From the human T2T-CHM13v2.0 reference genome, Homo sapiens: a DNA stretch of 64,000 bases. The stretch lies in the NCBI RefSeq assembly GCF_009914755.1, contig NC_060937.1; one strand, given 5' to 3'. Positions 28,244-43,209 of this stretch are shown here, piece by piece; positions within the stretch are counted from its first letter, which is position 1; the number at the start of each line of letters is the position of its first letter. The translations under genes were made by a program, and so were the position numbers. Below the pieces are notes generated by a model, which was not told the DNA's origin, ran no database searches, and worked only from the letters and a program-made list of their open reading frames with translations.

Positions 28244-28340
28244 ACTACTGCAGAAAATTTTGCCAGGATGCAATAATGGTTACAAAATTAAATTATCCTT
28301 ACCTAGTACTTTCTCCTTGTGATAAAAGACTTCACTTTGA

Positions 28341-28633
28341 GGCCGGGCATGTTGGCTCTTGCCTGTAATCCCAGCACTTTGGGAGGCCAAGGCAGGCAGA
28401 TCACTTGAGGTCAGGAGTTCAAGATCAGCCTGGCCGACATGGAAAAACCCTGTCTCTACTGAAAAATACAAAAATTAGCTGAGTGTGGTGGCAGGAACCT
28501 GTAATCCCAGCTACTCAGGAGGCTATGGCAGGAGAATCGCTTGGACCCAGGATGCGGAGGTTGCAGTGAGCTGAGAGCACACCACGACACTCCAGCCTGG
28601 GCGACATAGCGAGACTCTGTCTAAAAAAAAAAA
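28341..28633 (+). mobile_element. AluS (Sx/Sz-like), first of a tandem pair
   Basis: Full Alu; upstream TSD copy ACTTCACTTTGA at 28329-28340. Confidence 0.95.
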
Positions 28634-28918
28634 TCACACCTATAATCCCAGCACTTTGGGAGGCCACGGTGGGCAGATCTCTTGAGAGGTCAGGAGATCG
28701 AGACCAGCCTGACCAACATAGTAAAACCCCATCTCTACTAAAAATACAAAAATTAGCCGGGGGTAGTGGCACATGCCTGTAATCCCAGTTACCTGGGAGG
28801 CTGAGGCAGGAGAATCACTTGAACCCAGGAGTCGGAGGTTGCGGTGAGATGAGATCGTGCCATCGCAGCCTGGGCAACAAGAGTGAAACTTCGTCTCAAA
28901 AAAAAAAAAAAAAAAAAA
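28634..28918 (+). mobile_element. AluSp-like, lacking the first ~16 nt
   Basis: Starts TCACACCTATAATCCC; Sp-type CCTGACCAACAT, GGTTGCGGTGAG, GGCAACAAGAGTGAAACT; poly(A) 28898-28918. Confidence 0.93.
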
Positions 28919-30928
28919 CTTCACTTTGAATCTTTTTGATTGTTATATCTATTCTGTAAGTGAAGGCCTCTATAAGCCTATAAAGTACCCAGCTGCAAAT
29001 TAGTATATAATGCCTACTTGGCCCAAAAGTGAATCAGAAAATGATGCCTCTTCAGGTCTATACCTTAGCACCATTTGACTATCTACAGGTCACTTTTTTG
29101 GAGGGAACAGGAGTCAGGGGTGGAGGGGTGGAAGTCACCGGTTAATCCTGGCAGATCCAGCCATCTCCAAGGACATAAATGAAGAGCAGAACCAAGATGG
29201 ATTCTCATCCCTACTTGAGCCCTTGACCAGGCTTCACAATAACACAGAGGCCCTAACTTAAGTTTTGAGTCAATGTCCACAGGCCCATTTTCTGTAGCTA
29301 CTTGTAGTATGCTAACATGCTGGCACAGAAGTTAGTGATAATATTTACTGTCATGGTGGTGGTGATGGTGCCACCAATAAAACTTGTCAGCTGAGGGCCC
29401 TTGCTCTGGACCACTTAAAGAGGGCTGATTTTTCACAAGACGAAATAACTTAGAAACATAGAGGATAAAGTGGTCCATAGGGTTAGTAAGGTGGAGGAGG
29501 GTGACTAAGTCATGAAAGATGTACAGCACAGACAGAAGAGTTTTTAAAATGATTCCAAATAGTGTGTGAGAGCAGACTACTGAAGTTGAGGATGGATGTT
29601 TGCACCCTGCAGAGAATGCTGCACTCTAGAGTTTCACAGTGCAAGATGACCTGACTTTCATAGTGGGCAGGAAGGTCTGGGAGGCCTTGCTTTGGACTCA
29701 GGAAGAAGTAAGCAAGCTGAGTAGCCGGAATGCCGGTGATGAGCATTCATTGGTCCAAAGGAGAAAGACAAAACCAGGAGGTGGCCTGGAGATTTCCAAG
29801 GGAGAGAAAATTCAAAGCTGCCTGGGAGATGCATGGCAGAACCCTAAACAGATTTTAAAGGGGAGGAGAAAAGGTCATGGCAAAGTCAAGGATGACTGGA
29901 GCTCCCTGCCTGGGGAAAGGATGGATGGCTGTGTTTTAGTTGCCAAGGCAACAAGCCTCAATGGCAGGCAGAGAGGCTACAGAGTCCCTCTCTGGGAGTA
30001 TCCTGCCCTCAGTTGCGCAGCACAGGCAGGTCTTCTTCCACCTGGAAGTACAATATGCTGCTCTGCTACTGGAGGTGTGTTTATCACTGAAAAGACTCAC
30101 CCCCAAGTATACTGGACTGCAGTAGGCTGCAATCATGCTACAGAAACATGTATTTCTCAGCATTGTTAATGGAAACAAACATCTGCAACACCTAATTGAA
30201 ACCCATTCATAGGAAAGATACATAAAAACATTCTAACCTTTAGCATTATGCACAACTTTTTAAATCCAGAGAATGTTACAGCAGAGATCTACCTTCCTGG
30301 TTGAGAGTGTACTACATATTTTCCTTTGGAAACTAAAGATACTACAAACAAATTTGAAAACATATATTTCTTCAAAGTATTAATTTTTAAAGCGGCCAAA
30401 ATTGCTAACAACCAGGGAAAGTACCAATTTATAATTTATGTTCTTGGCACATAGTATATATTGTGAATTTGCATGCATATTACATGCAAATAACCAAAAG
30501 AGCATAACATTAAGGCTTCAAATTTGTATGTGCAAAAGACAGTAAATTCTAACATTAAAATTCTTTCCAGAAAATATTAACTCCCCATATCCCCTGTGAC
30601 TGTCACATAGTCAGCTGAGCAAACTCACTACAGAACTTGAGTAGTCAATAACCTTGTTCAATGAAAATTTGCATTTCCCATACCTACTCTTAGCAAGCAA
30701 AGAAGACAAGACCATTTGGCACCATGTGGGACAGGGATAAGGTGCTAACATGGCCCAGCTTTTCAAACAAATTATCTAACAATTTGACAGAAAAAAAAAG
30801 TGCCAGTAAAAATGCCACCATTGAACCACTAACAGAATCTTTACTCCCTTATAAAGATTACAACACTGGGGAAATGAAGCAAAATGCAGCTGACTCTGCT
30901 CTTTCCACTATAGTAAAAATATGAGATT

Positions 30929-31402
30929 TGTGATGGCAAAATCATCTGAGTCAACCTGGCTGGGCTAGAGTGCTCAGTTCTTAAGTCCAACACTAGTTTA
31001 GATGTTACTGTAAAAGTATTTGATAGATGGGATTAACATCTATAATCAGTTGACTTTAGCTACAGGAGGTTACCCTTGATCATGTGGATGGGCCTCATCT
31101 AATCAGGTGAAGGCCTTAAGAGCAAAAACTGAGTTTCCAAGAGAAGGAGCTCTCCCTCAAGACTGTAACATAGACATCCTGCCTAAGTTTCTAGCCTGCT
31201 AACTTGCCCTACGTATTTCATACTCAAGGCTATAACATCAACTCTTGCCTGAGTTTTCAGACTGCTGCCCTGCCCTGTGATTTTTGGACTTACCAGCACC
31301 GCATTTGCATTAGCCAATTCCTTAAAATAAATCTCTTCATAAATACATATTTATGTATCTAATGTATAGATAGACAGATTCTGTCTAGTGAACACTGATA
31401 CA
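30929..31402 (+). mobile_element. MLT2 (MLT2C/D-like) ERVL solo LTR
   Basis: TGTGATGG...GTCAACCTGGCTGGGCTA...GGGCCTCATCTAATCAGGTGAAGGCCTTAAGAG...AGCCAATTCCTTAAAATAAATCTCT...GATACA; 5 bp TSD AGATT/GGATT. Confidence 0.9.
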
Positions 31403-32299
31403 GGATTCAAAGGGATTTTCAGTGTAGAACTAAAAAAGTGCTCAGTATTATAATGCATTCTGGTGGATGGGTAAGTGCTGGTTGATCTTGATTGCAATGT
31501 AAAAATTAATGTATTCTTTGTTTAAATAATGCTACTGCTTTGCAGTGCAGAATTTACTGGAAGATTTCCTTCTTGATATCCATTTAAAGAATTTCCATAG
31601 TCAACCCTAAGACAAATAAGGGTGAATTTTATTTGTAAAAGAAAAGGGGCTCATGATAATCTTTCTGGTGGCTGAGCCCAGAAGGTTTTGGGGCTCAGCT
31701 TGCTGCATTTATATTCTGAATTCTCTGTGGTTCCTAAGTCTTGAGAGATGGAACTATCCCTTCATTTATGTATAGTCTGAAAACACTAATCAGACTGTTT
31801 ACCCCAATGAAGCAAGTATCCACTTAAATTTAGATCAAACAATTCCATGAGTTTAATGCCACTCCAACCACTCTGTTTCTTTTTGTTCCTTGGCCTTTTC
31901 ATGAAGTATCTCACAGTATTTGCTGCCACACCTCTGCTCCTCCCTTTCTTCACTCTGTGACACAGAATGCTCATCCATACACTCAGACCCCACTGCTGTG
32001 TTCACTGATGATCCCCAGACCTATGCCTCCTTCCTTGACCTCTAATTCCTACCGCGCTCCTTATTTATTGGTGTCTGGATGATCTTCTGGGAATGGGTGG
32101 GGCAAGGACTACAGTCATAGCACATCCAAAAGAGAAATGATTGGTTTAGCAAAGTTCTATGTTTCGCAAACTGTTCCATGTCCACCATTCCATGATTTTT
32201 AAGCTGGGAAGAGAACCGACCTGTTCCACAAGGCATTTGGACATTTGCTGGATAATCTTCTGGTCACTTTGCTTTTTGTTTTTTTTGGACTGTTAAATA

Positions 32300-32740
32300 T
32301 GGAAGTTGTTCTCCAAGGCAGCAATCCAGCCTTGACTTACACTGTCTATAACTTACCTTTATCTTCTGTCTTCTCTATCGGTCCTGTCATCAAGTCAAAT
32401 TCCTTCTCCTTCTCACTCTTCTGCAGTCATTCTTAGCATGCACCAACTGTCTTCCTCCTGTCTGAGCTATTTTATAACACAGCAACAATCATCTACCCGA
32501 ATGTCATGTTGATCATGTCACTTGTTGCCAAATGTTCCAAATGTTTCTTCTTGAATTAAATTTCAACCCCAGTTCTACAAGTCCACAGCTGACTCCTTTG
32601 ATTCTCCTCTTCCTGGCTGTGGTCTGCAACCTGCCCCACCGCTCCCCACACTCCCTTGCTCTCCAAGGCTCACTGTACCCTCTCTGTTCTCCAGATAGCA
32701 GGACAAACTCTTTGCTCTCATTACCTCTCCTCTTAATATG
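32300..32740 (+). mobile_element. L2 fragment
   Basis: C/T-rich L2-like sense sequence including GATCATGTCACTTGTTGCCAAATG. Confidence 0.5.
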
Positions 32741-35129
32741 TTCCCGTTCTGGAAAAGTTCAAGAGCTGGTGGGTTTCCTTGATTCCACCTTCCAAATAAC
32801 TAGTTCACCATGGTTTTCCACCATTCCTGATTCGGGGATCTTAAGGTTTGGGTTCATATCCAGAATATCCTGGGGCAAAACGGTAGTAACAATGTGAGTA
32901 ATCACTGTCTTGACCTCATCCAAAAGACCCCTATTTTTGCCTTTTCTCATAATGATGTCTCAAGTAAGAAACCTCTCAAAAATTTAAATTTCTTCTTGGC
33001 AAATTAGACATATAAACTTATCCAGCAAGTTTTATTACGCATGTGTATCAGAATACATTTCCCATTGTGATTTATGCCCATGTTACATATAGTTATGGAT
33101 ATATTTTTAGAAAATTGTTTTTTAAATATTTAATAGCCATTAAAAGGGTAAAATAATTCTCTGCTCCTTATGGAACAGTTAGATGCCATTCTAGTACTTT
33201 TGCAAGTATTTGCAATTGTAATCAGTAATGCAGGCAGAAAGAATGCCAGTGTTTTTCAATCATCACTGGCAAAAATGTAAATTTTTTAAAATTAAGACTT
33301 TAAAGATCACCTGCATTAATCTTCTGCTAATGCAAGCTGGGACTATTTCCTAGGATTCTGAGTGGTTTAACATCATCAAGACATGTCACAGGCTTCATCC
33401 AAATTATTCAATTCCTACCATACATTACGCTGAGCCTCTCAGAAGATGAATCGGGAAGAGGCAACCTAAGTGTTTAGAGAACAAAAGGGAAAATGAAGCA
33501 CAGAGACCTCTGGCTAAAAGTATAAACCTTTGAGAGGGTTTTAAGGACATACTATAGGACTAAAAAATGAGAACAAATCAGCAGGCCCATTAGCTGTGCA
33601 GCAAATTAAAGCACCATTGTTTCCAGTTTCAGCCTTGAATCTGGAGGGCACCAAATAGACCACGCTGTCAGTACCCTCTGTGAAAGAAGTGTGTTCTCTG
33701 CTATGTATTCTCAAGCGCCTTTCTATTTTTTTTCAGCTAATTTATCAGTTTCCCACCTCTTCTCCTAAATCATTATTATAAACTTCCCCAGGAACATGTT
33801 AAAGGGACAACAGGAAAATAATCAAAGTTTCAAAACACAATCTATATTTATCATGAATTTCAACTTATCTTTTTCCTTGTATTAAAAAATGAAGCTTGCT
33901 ATCTTCAGATTTATATTCCTTTTATCTTAATCCTTGGGGTAAAATATGGCATGTGGATAATCCACAAACTAAATAGCCTCTGCATTTAAGAAGTAGACCA
34001 TAGTCCACAGTTGTATAGTCCACATTTTGTCATCTCATCTCATAAAAACAAAGTTGAAAGCGGCTCTGTCCAATCTTTTGAGAGGGCAAAAGGTCTGGAA
34101 GATCCAATAAGACTACACAAGAGATTTTTAAACATTAGTATGTATTTAAACCAATTTATTCATAATATAGTCTCAACTGTTACATAGGACTAGGCCCAGA
34201 GATAACTGCTTTCAATTCTTTAAGTAATTATTTTAGATTTGTTTCCACATGTGGAAATCAGTAGGTGTTGGCTCACTATTGTGCAAAGAATTGATTCCAG
34301 GTATGCAATGAGGTATGGATGTCTCTCAGCCTCAGGGAATCAGGTGGGGTTCTGAGGTAGCAGGTGCCTCTGGGCAGATAACACCTGGCCATCAGCTTCC
34401 TCAAGGTATAAAGGCATGGTCCTCATGGCTCTGCTGAGAGGCACTAGAAACATCCATGGACACCCATGTCAACAGGCTGCTGCAGAAAGCACCCCTTCAC
34501 TTTGTGCAGAAGCAGTCCATGTAGCTGCTGGAGGAGGTTTCATTCCAGGTATAGAAGGCACAGCTGGTTGAAAGTGGAGCTCTAGAAAGGTGTGGGCAGA
34601 AGCGCCTGGTAGGCAAAGCTACAAGGGACAGCCCCAAAAATTCTGTCTATACATACCAGACATTTCTTTCCAGTTGAGTCAAATATCGTCTTTTACTGGC
34701 ATCCAGGCTACCTATGGAGTGACTGCTCTAACAATAAACACACAGTTTAAAAATTCGGGCCTCATTATTATTTTAATTACTTGATAGGAAAAAATTTAGT
34801 TGAATTTGAAATCTGTTGGAATTATCAGAGGATTGCATTTGTCTAGCAAAGAAAAAAGCTAAAACTATTAATGTTTTTAAAGATAACTTTAACTTTTATA
34901 GAATATGAAATGGTGGTGAAATGGCTTGTTTTTTTAAAAATCACTACTTGTGTAGTATCTCACTGACAATGACTAAAAAGAATTTGAAGAGAGAATCATT
35001 AAGATATTGATCAAGAATTGTGTTCAGCCATTTCAGGCATATAAGAAATATAAAAAGTTATGTTTATGAAAGCAAGCTCAGGTTTTTCATTGAAAAAATC
35101 TGAAAATATGTTATTTGAAGTTTTATATC

Positions 35130-37300
<2,171 letters not shown>

Positions 37301-38039
37301 ATGATCAGTCAGTCTTTATCCTTTTGCATTGACATTGAAATGGGGATTACTCTTTTTTGTTCCCTCAAAAACATTAAGCCAAGGCCCAACATTCAAGAGG
37401 AACAGGAAATAGAGAAAATAGCAATTTTTGGATTTAGATGAAACTAAATTTAATAATCGCATGCTCTTATAAACTAGTATATCATTGCCCTAACGATATA
37501 TTGGACATTGTGGGAAATAAAAATATGTCTCTATTTCAAAACAGTCTCTAAAACTTCTGAAAAAGATGAACAATTAAAGAGGTCCTTAAATTGATAATTA
37601 ACCTAAAAGAGAGTATTCAGAGAGAAAAATCACCAGGCAAGGAAGAATGGTAAAAGGCAAACTCACTGGAGCAAAAAGGACCTTAAACTCCATTTTGAAA
37701 AATAAGTGTTACAGACATTTCTTCTGCAGAGTTTGCATAATGTGTATTAGGTATAAAGTGATCAATTGATTGGGGAATACAATTTATTTTATGCAGACTA
37801 GGGCTCCTGGCATAAGGGAAAAAAAAGCTCTTCTGCTTACAACACAGCTGTTTTAAGGTCTTTATTCTCCATTTCTCACAATAGTGGATCATTAAGATGT
37901 TGAAACAATTTTTTAAAATACCAGCTTAGTTCACTACCATCTTATAAAAAGAGATACAATAAAATGCATTTTTTCGTGATGTTCAGGTTTTAAAGTTATA
38001 CTTTTACAGAGATAGAAAATACCATTATTACTTAAATAA

Positions 38040-38435
38040 CTTCAGGTAAAACAACTTTGTTTATTGTGCCCCTGCAACTCTCAAGTCTCCAACACTATTT
38101 ATGCCACTGAAATAATTGTCTTTATAGCACAGGTTTTGATAATGTGCAGTTTTAAGGACTATATTGCCTGGAGCAGAACTGACTTTAATTGGATGGATAT
38201 AGATATGAGAGGATTTGATGCAGAATACTGTGCGCGTTGCAAAATGGGATGACAGAATGAAGAGACGAATCTGTCTTCCCCATAGGGTCTGGGTAGGAGG
38301 CTGGTGGAAGTTAAGTATAGACGGGTGTCTGGACAAGTCTGAACACAGATGCTTTCAAAGCCAAGTAGTAGGGAATGAACTCTAAAGTACAATGAGCCCA
38401 CAATTTTGTAGACAACAAAGAGACATTGATGTTTT
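38040..38435 (-). other. Candidate 3'-terminal exon of an unidentified minus-strand transcript
   Basis: Acceptor CATTACTCTTTATTCAG|AAAAC at 38436-38437; AATAAA on minus at 38060-38065 followed by U-rich sequence. Confidence 0.25.
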
Positions 38436-39799
38436 CTGAATAAAGAGTAATGTTGTTAAAATGATATTTCAAAAAATGTAATCTGCCAATACTGTATAGG
38501 GCAGGAAGTCTGGTCACAGAAAACAGTTAAGACACTAAATAATACAGAGATCCAAAGTCATGTGAAGCTGGCCTGGATTCCTTGGCAGTAAAAATGTGAG
38601 AGAACTCACTTCAGAGCAAGAATCAATAAAAATGAGGGATCTACATTTACAGTACTATAGATACAGGCAGCCCAGTAAAAGAAACGGGACTGAATTAGGA
38701 CTGATAAAAGGACTTACAGTGAAGTAGTTTTTAAACTAAATCTGTGATATCATTTGGTTTTCAATTCAAGAAACATTTACCGAGTATCTACTATATGCAA
38801 GGCATGCAGTCTTTTCTCATCATCTGTCTCATTATCTTAGAAGCCAAATGTAAAAAAATCCAGTTAATTAATTTCACAGACTGATTGATGTTCTTCTGCA
38901 AGAACAACAGATTGATTTTTTTTATAGACAGCAATACTAATTCTTCCATCATGTCCTTCTCTTTCTGTGCACATAGTCCTATCGACTTTGGGGCCAACTC
39001 AATACAAAAGCAGAAGAAAGGCATTAAGAGAACAAGGTCCATTAGGCCCAATATTGCCTCAATTACTTTAATTCCATTATTCCTGTTCATATTACTTCTT
39101 TAATCAATAACTCTTTTCAGTTTTTCATGTTTACCCTTTTCAAAATCACAAGTAATAGGATTACGGTCTTTTGAGCTCAGTGGCAACAGAGTTTCATAAA
39201 TATATTTCTGAATTTGTGATTGTCTCCAGATCTGCAACTGAGAAGTCTTAAATTGAATCAAGTTTTCCAGAGGCCATTTTATTTAATAATGCAGAGCATC
39301 TCCATGCAATATAGGTGCTTTTCCCTGTTATTCCATTTGTCACTCACTGTCAAAGACAATCACACATGCTGAATGGCTTTCTAAGTATCTTCTTCCCATG
39401 TCTAAACCTTTGGGCAGTTTAACTGATTTTCAAACTGCATCTCTTTTCTGTACATATTTCTGACTTTTGTTTAATGTAATCCTTCTACCTTCACTGACAA
39501 TTATTCTTCCCTCTAAGAGTTTCATCTGGACATTATGTTAACTACTACCCCTTCCAGATGACAATTAATCAATCCCTCAGTTCTACCTCTGTAGCAGCCT
39601 TTCAAATTAAAGGAACTCTGTTTTCCTCTACCGTTTTAACAAACATCCATGCAATGTCTACTATTAATAAATGCAAGAAGCTGCACTTCCAGCATAAATA
39701 GGATACAAGATAGGTATATGGCCCTTCCCTTCAACATGTGGATAGTCTAAGAATGTTATAAAAATAACTTGTGATATATGAGAAGCATGCGAAAATTGC

Positions 39800-40130
39800 A
39801 ATATGCAGCATCTATTCAAAGTTCTGGAATTCACAAGGGATAAAATCATTCATGAGTAGAGAAAAGTTTTCATAAAGGATATGAATTTCAGTGAGGTCTT
39901 AAAGGAGGGAAGGATTTTGAAAATGGAATCTAAGAGAGCAAAGTAACCAATTCTGTGTGAAAAGCAAAGCAGGCAAATCTAGTAGAGTAAATGATTCAAT
40001 GGAGTAAATTAAAGAGAGCTTGACTTCCCTTTGGAAGCAGTGAGACCAGGACAAGGGTGAAGCAGTGAGACCAGGACAAAGGTCATAAAGGAAGAGTTTG
40101 GCAGGATATAAGCACTCTTTCACACAGCCA
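39800..40130 (-). mobile_element. L2 fragment
   Basis: Purine-rich L2 antisense: GAAAAGTTTTCATAAAGGATATGAATTTCAGTGAGGTCTTAAAGGAGGGAAGGATTTTGA. Confidence 0.5.
40034..40083. repeat. 25 bp tandem duplication (1 mismatch)
   Basis: GAAGCAGTGAGACCAGGACAAGGGT / GAAGCAGTGAGACCAGGACAAAGGT. Confidence 0.95.
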
Positions 40131-40189
40131 TTCTCCCTGCAAGGAGCAGGATGAACTGAAGACATACAAAAGAAGCTTCAACAATGTGT

Positions 40190-40620
40190 CAAAGGACCTT
40201 CAAGATTTGATTTCTGCCTTCCTATAGAGTCTCATCCAGCCCTATATCCCTCTTCACACTTTATGCTCCAGCAGTACCTAAACAGCATGGAATACAGAAA
40301 CATGCCCTGCCCCCTCATACCACTCTGCTAATCTCCCCTCTGTTTCATTTAGAATGTTCTCTCTCTACCACTCATCTCCTACCAATTTCCATTCAAATAC
40401 AATCTTCTCTATAAAGTATTTCCTAATTGTCCCAAGCCAGTTTAGTTGCTCTGTTTCCTATATAAAAGGTATACTTAGTTTTATAGCTCCATCATAGTCA
40501 TGCAAAAATCATTGCTTTCTCCCACATAAATTATAATATACTTGATACTATGCCCAGAACAATTTTTGGCACACGTCCAAAGGGTACTACATGAATGAAT
40601 GAATGAACAAACGAATGAAC
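40190..40620 (+). mobile_element. L2 3' fragment with (TGAA)n tail
   Basis: C/T-rich body ending in ATGAATGAATGAATGAAC. Confidence 0.7.
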
Positions 40621-42877
40621 AAACAAAACAGAGTGGTCATATGAACAAGCAAGAAAAAGGTAAGAAATGCTTGGAAAGGATAATCGTAGATTTAAAAAAA
40701 GGAAAGTAAAAATATGAAAGAATTACAGAAATTTGACAGAGTTTAGTGGTAACTAAATGTAGATGAAAGAGAATTCCAAGCTTCTGAGTTCCCTGCCAAA
40801 AGCCACTGCTCTTCTTCCTCATTTTTATATTACCAGCTCATAAGCACTTAACATAAACTCATGATTTAAATGAAGCAAAGATGGACCCATCAGAGGGAGA
40901 GGCAGAAGATCCTACAGAAAGCAGACATTAAGATTCCTATTTTAACTGATTTGTGTACAAAAATTTTCTGAAAAATGTTGATAGAATTTTGAAGTATAAT
41001 TTGTTTAATTAATATACTTTCCATAATATAATAATTACATTCTAATGTCAGAGATCTAAGAAAAACTTACCATGTTAATTATTAACTAAAAAGACATAAG
41101 AATCATTTTTCTCATTTGCCCTTTTTTAAAATCAGAGTTTAACAAGTTAGCAAATTATTATCAAGTCCATGAGAATCTTATAGCTGAGTTTTCAGAAATG
41201 TGAAATTAGAGAATGCAAAATGGAGTAAAGACAAAGCAACAACAATAAAACTTGTTTTCCATGTTCAAGGCACCTGAGGTTTTATTTCTGGGTTATTTTC
41301 TCCTTAATAATAGAGAAGTGTTAGATACACATAAGTTAATTATTAAAATAAGACTTATTGGGATGTTATAATTGTTGTAGCACACACTGTAGAGTACTTC
41401 ACTGGCTATTTTGGGACAGCTGAATTACTAGAATATAATTGCTCACCAGGCCCTACCTGCAGCCAGCAAGGGCTGGCCCACCATCACTCTGTTTGATCAC
41501 TGTATAACCAAAACAAATTAACTGTTTCAATTTTAATGAAACCTATAGACATGCCCACAAGCCACACTAGGAGAGTTCATGTGAAAAGTTATGGGAGACC
41601 TCTAATCAAGGGTAGTAAGCTCTTGCATAAAATGGAAAAGAAAAGTAAGCAATGGAGACACAGGATGAAGTTATACATCTATATTTGGTATTTGGTGGAA
41701 CTCTGCCTGCATGCATCACACATGCCATAAATATTTGCTGTTTGATTTACCAATTTTCTTAGGACTAATGTCAGAAAAATGCTAAAATGAATTTCTACTT
41801 TCATTTTCATTTTCTACTGCCTGTCATCATCTTATAAATCCACTGCTGTCTAAGCCAATGCTATCAGTTGGCCATAGGACAGCCTGCAGCCCCACCCCCA
41901 GGAACACAAAATCTCCTGCGGGGCTGGAAAAGCTTGTAAGTAAATGATTCCACCTTCCTGGAGGCCTGGGCCTGACCCACACAGTCAATCTCTAGACACT
42001 GGTCTGCCTGCTTACAGCAGCTCCACACAGCACTAATCCAGGGGCTTAAGTGAATTTGCAGGGCTCCTAAAGATGCCTACCTCACTCCTAGGAGGAGATC
42101 TGACCCTGGACTTTCACTCTTCTCAGCAGGAGGCTCCCTTTTGCTATTAAAAAGGTAATCCTTTCCTGGAAGTAACAGTAGACATGGCTAGAAAGCACTA
42201 CCCCAAGAGGAAATAAAGGGTTTCCCAAATAAGCAACTCTAAAGAACAGATCATTTAAGTGCTACCTTGAGACCAGTATCCTAATAATTTATCAACACCC
42301 AAATCTGAACACTCAAAAGATAACTTGTAATAATGTTGAGTTAAGGATGCATAAAGAAGGAAGAAGACGCGATTAGGGCAGATCTATTTCAGGATAGCAT
42401 TTAGAGATTAAAGCCAGAGAAGAGAATGTTAAATTTAATAAGTGCAAAGAGATGCAGCTGGAAAGAAAGAATAGCCTGGCTAAGTATGACTTAAACGGTA
42501 TTGAATTAGCTGGAAAGATATCTTGATATACTGATAGAGGCGGCATGTAAATTGGCAGTTCAACCTGCGATGCCAACACAGACAGCAGTACCGGCTCACA
42601 CAAAGGGCTATATTTTATAAAAACCCCATCTGCTACTAATTTTAAAGGAAAACTCTTATCTCATTTATGAGGTTGTTTAGCCTGGACTAAACTGAAGGCA
42701 AGAGCTCCCTGAGGACAAATGCCAGCGTAATACCTGCCCACCTCTGGTCACTGCACTTTGCTTTGTCAAATTAAATTTGGCCATGGCCTTTATAGTCCTT
42801 GCCATTCGCTAATTCAACAAATATTAAGCAGCAGGCACCATACTAGATGCTTTAGGGTTATCTAGAGGAATTCACTT

Positions 42878-43198
42878 CAGGCATGCCTTGAATATATTAC
42901 AGGCTCGGTTCCACACAAACTTTTTGGTTTGCCAGTGCGTATAAAGTTATGTTTACACTATACTATACTCTATTAATTGTGCAATAGCATTATATCTAAA
43001 AATGAACACACCTTAATTTAGAAATCCTTTATTGCTAAAACAATGTTGATACAGGAACACAGTGTAAGCATGTGCTGTTGGAAAAATGATGCTGATAGAC
43101 TTGCTGGATGCAGGGTTGCCACAAACCTTCAATTTGTAAAAAAACATAGTATCTGCAAAGCTCAATAAAACCAAGTGAAATAAATTGAGGTATGCCTG
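42878..43198 (-). mobile_element. Tigger1 internal-deletion derivative with both termini
   Basis: TIRs CAGGCATGCCTTG and TGAGGTATGCCTG followed by TA; internal CAGGGTTGCCACAAACCTTCAATTTGTAAAAAA and ATAAAGTTATGTTTACACTATACT match the two Tigger1 ends. Confidence 0.9.
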
Positions 43199-43209
43199 TA
43201 CCCCTATAG

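Noticed and set aside
29639-30169. Longest ORF in the window (176 aa)
   Set aside because: Non-ATG start, no recognisable domain, no convincing flanking splice sites; this length can occur by chance in 64 kb across six frames
34353-34375. TGAGGTAGCAGGT resembling the let-7 5' end
   Set aside because: Similarity stops after ~13 nt and there is no pre-miRNA-length hairpin
38010-38045. Plus-strand 36 nt exon-like unit (CTTTTACAG|...TTCAG|GTAAAA)
   Set aside because: Weak donor and no supporting context; it shows how easily pseudo-exons arise, a caveat for all exon candidates above
38064-38401. Overlapping ORFs on both strands, considered as a processed pseudogene
   Set aside because: No frame resembles a protein I recognise; no poly(A) tail or TSD
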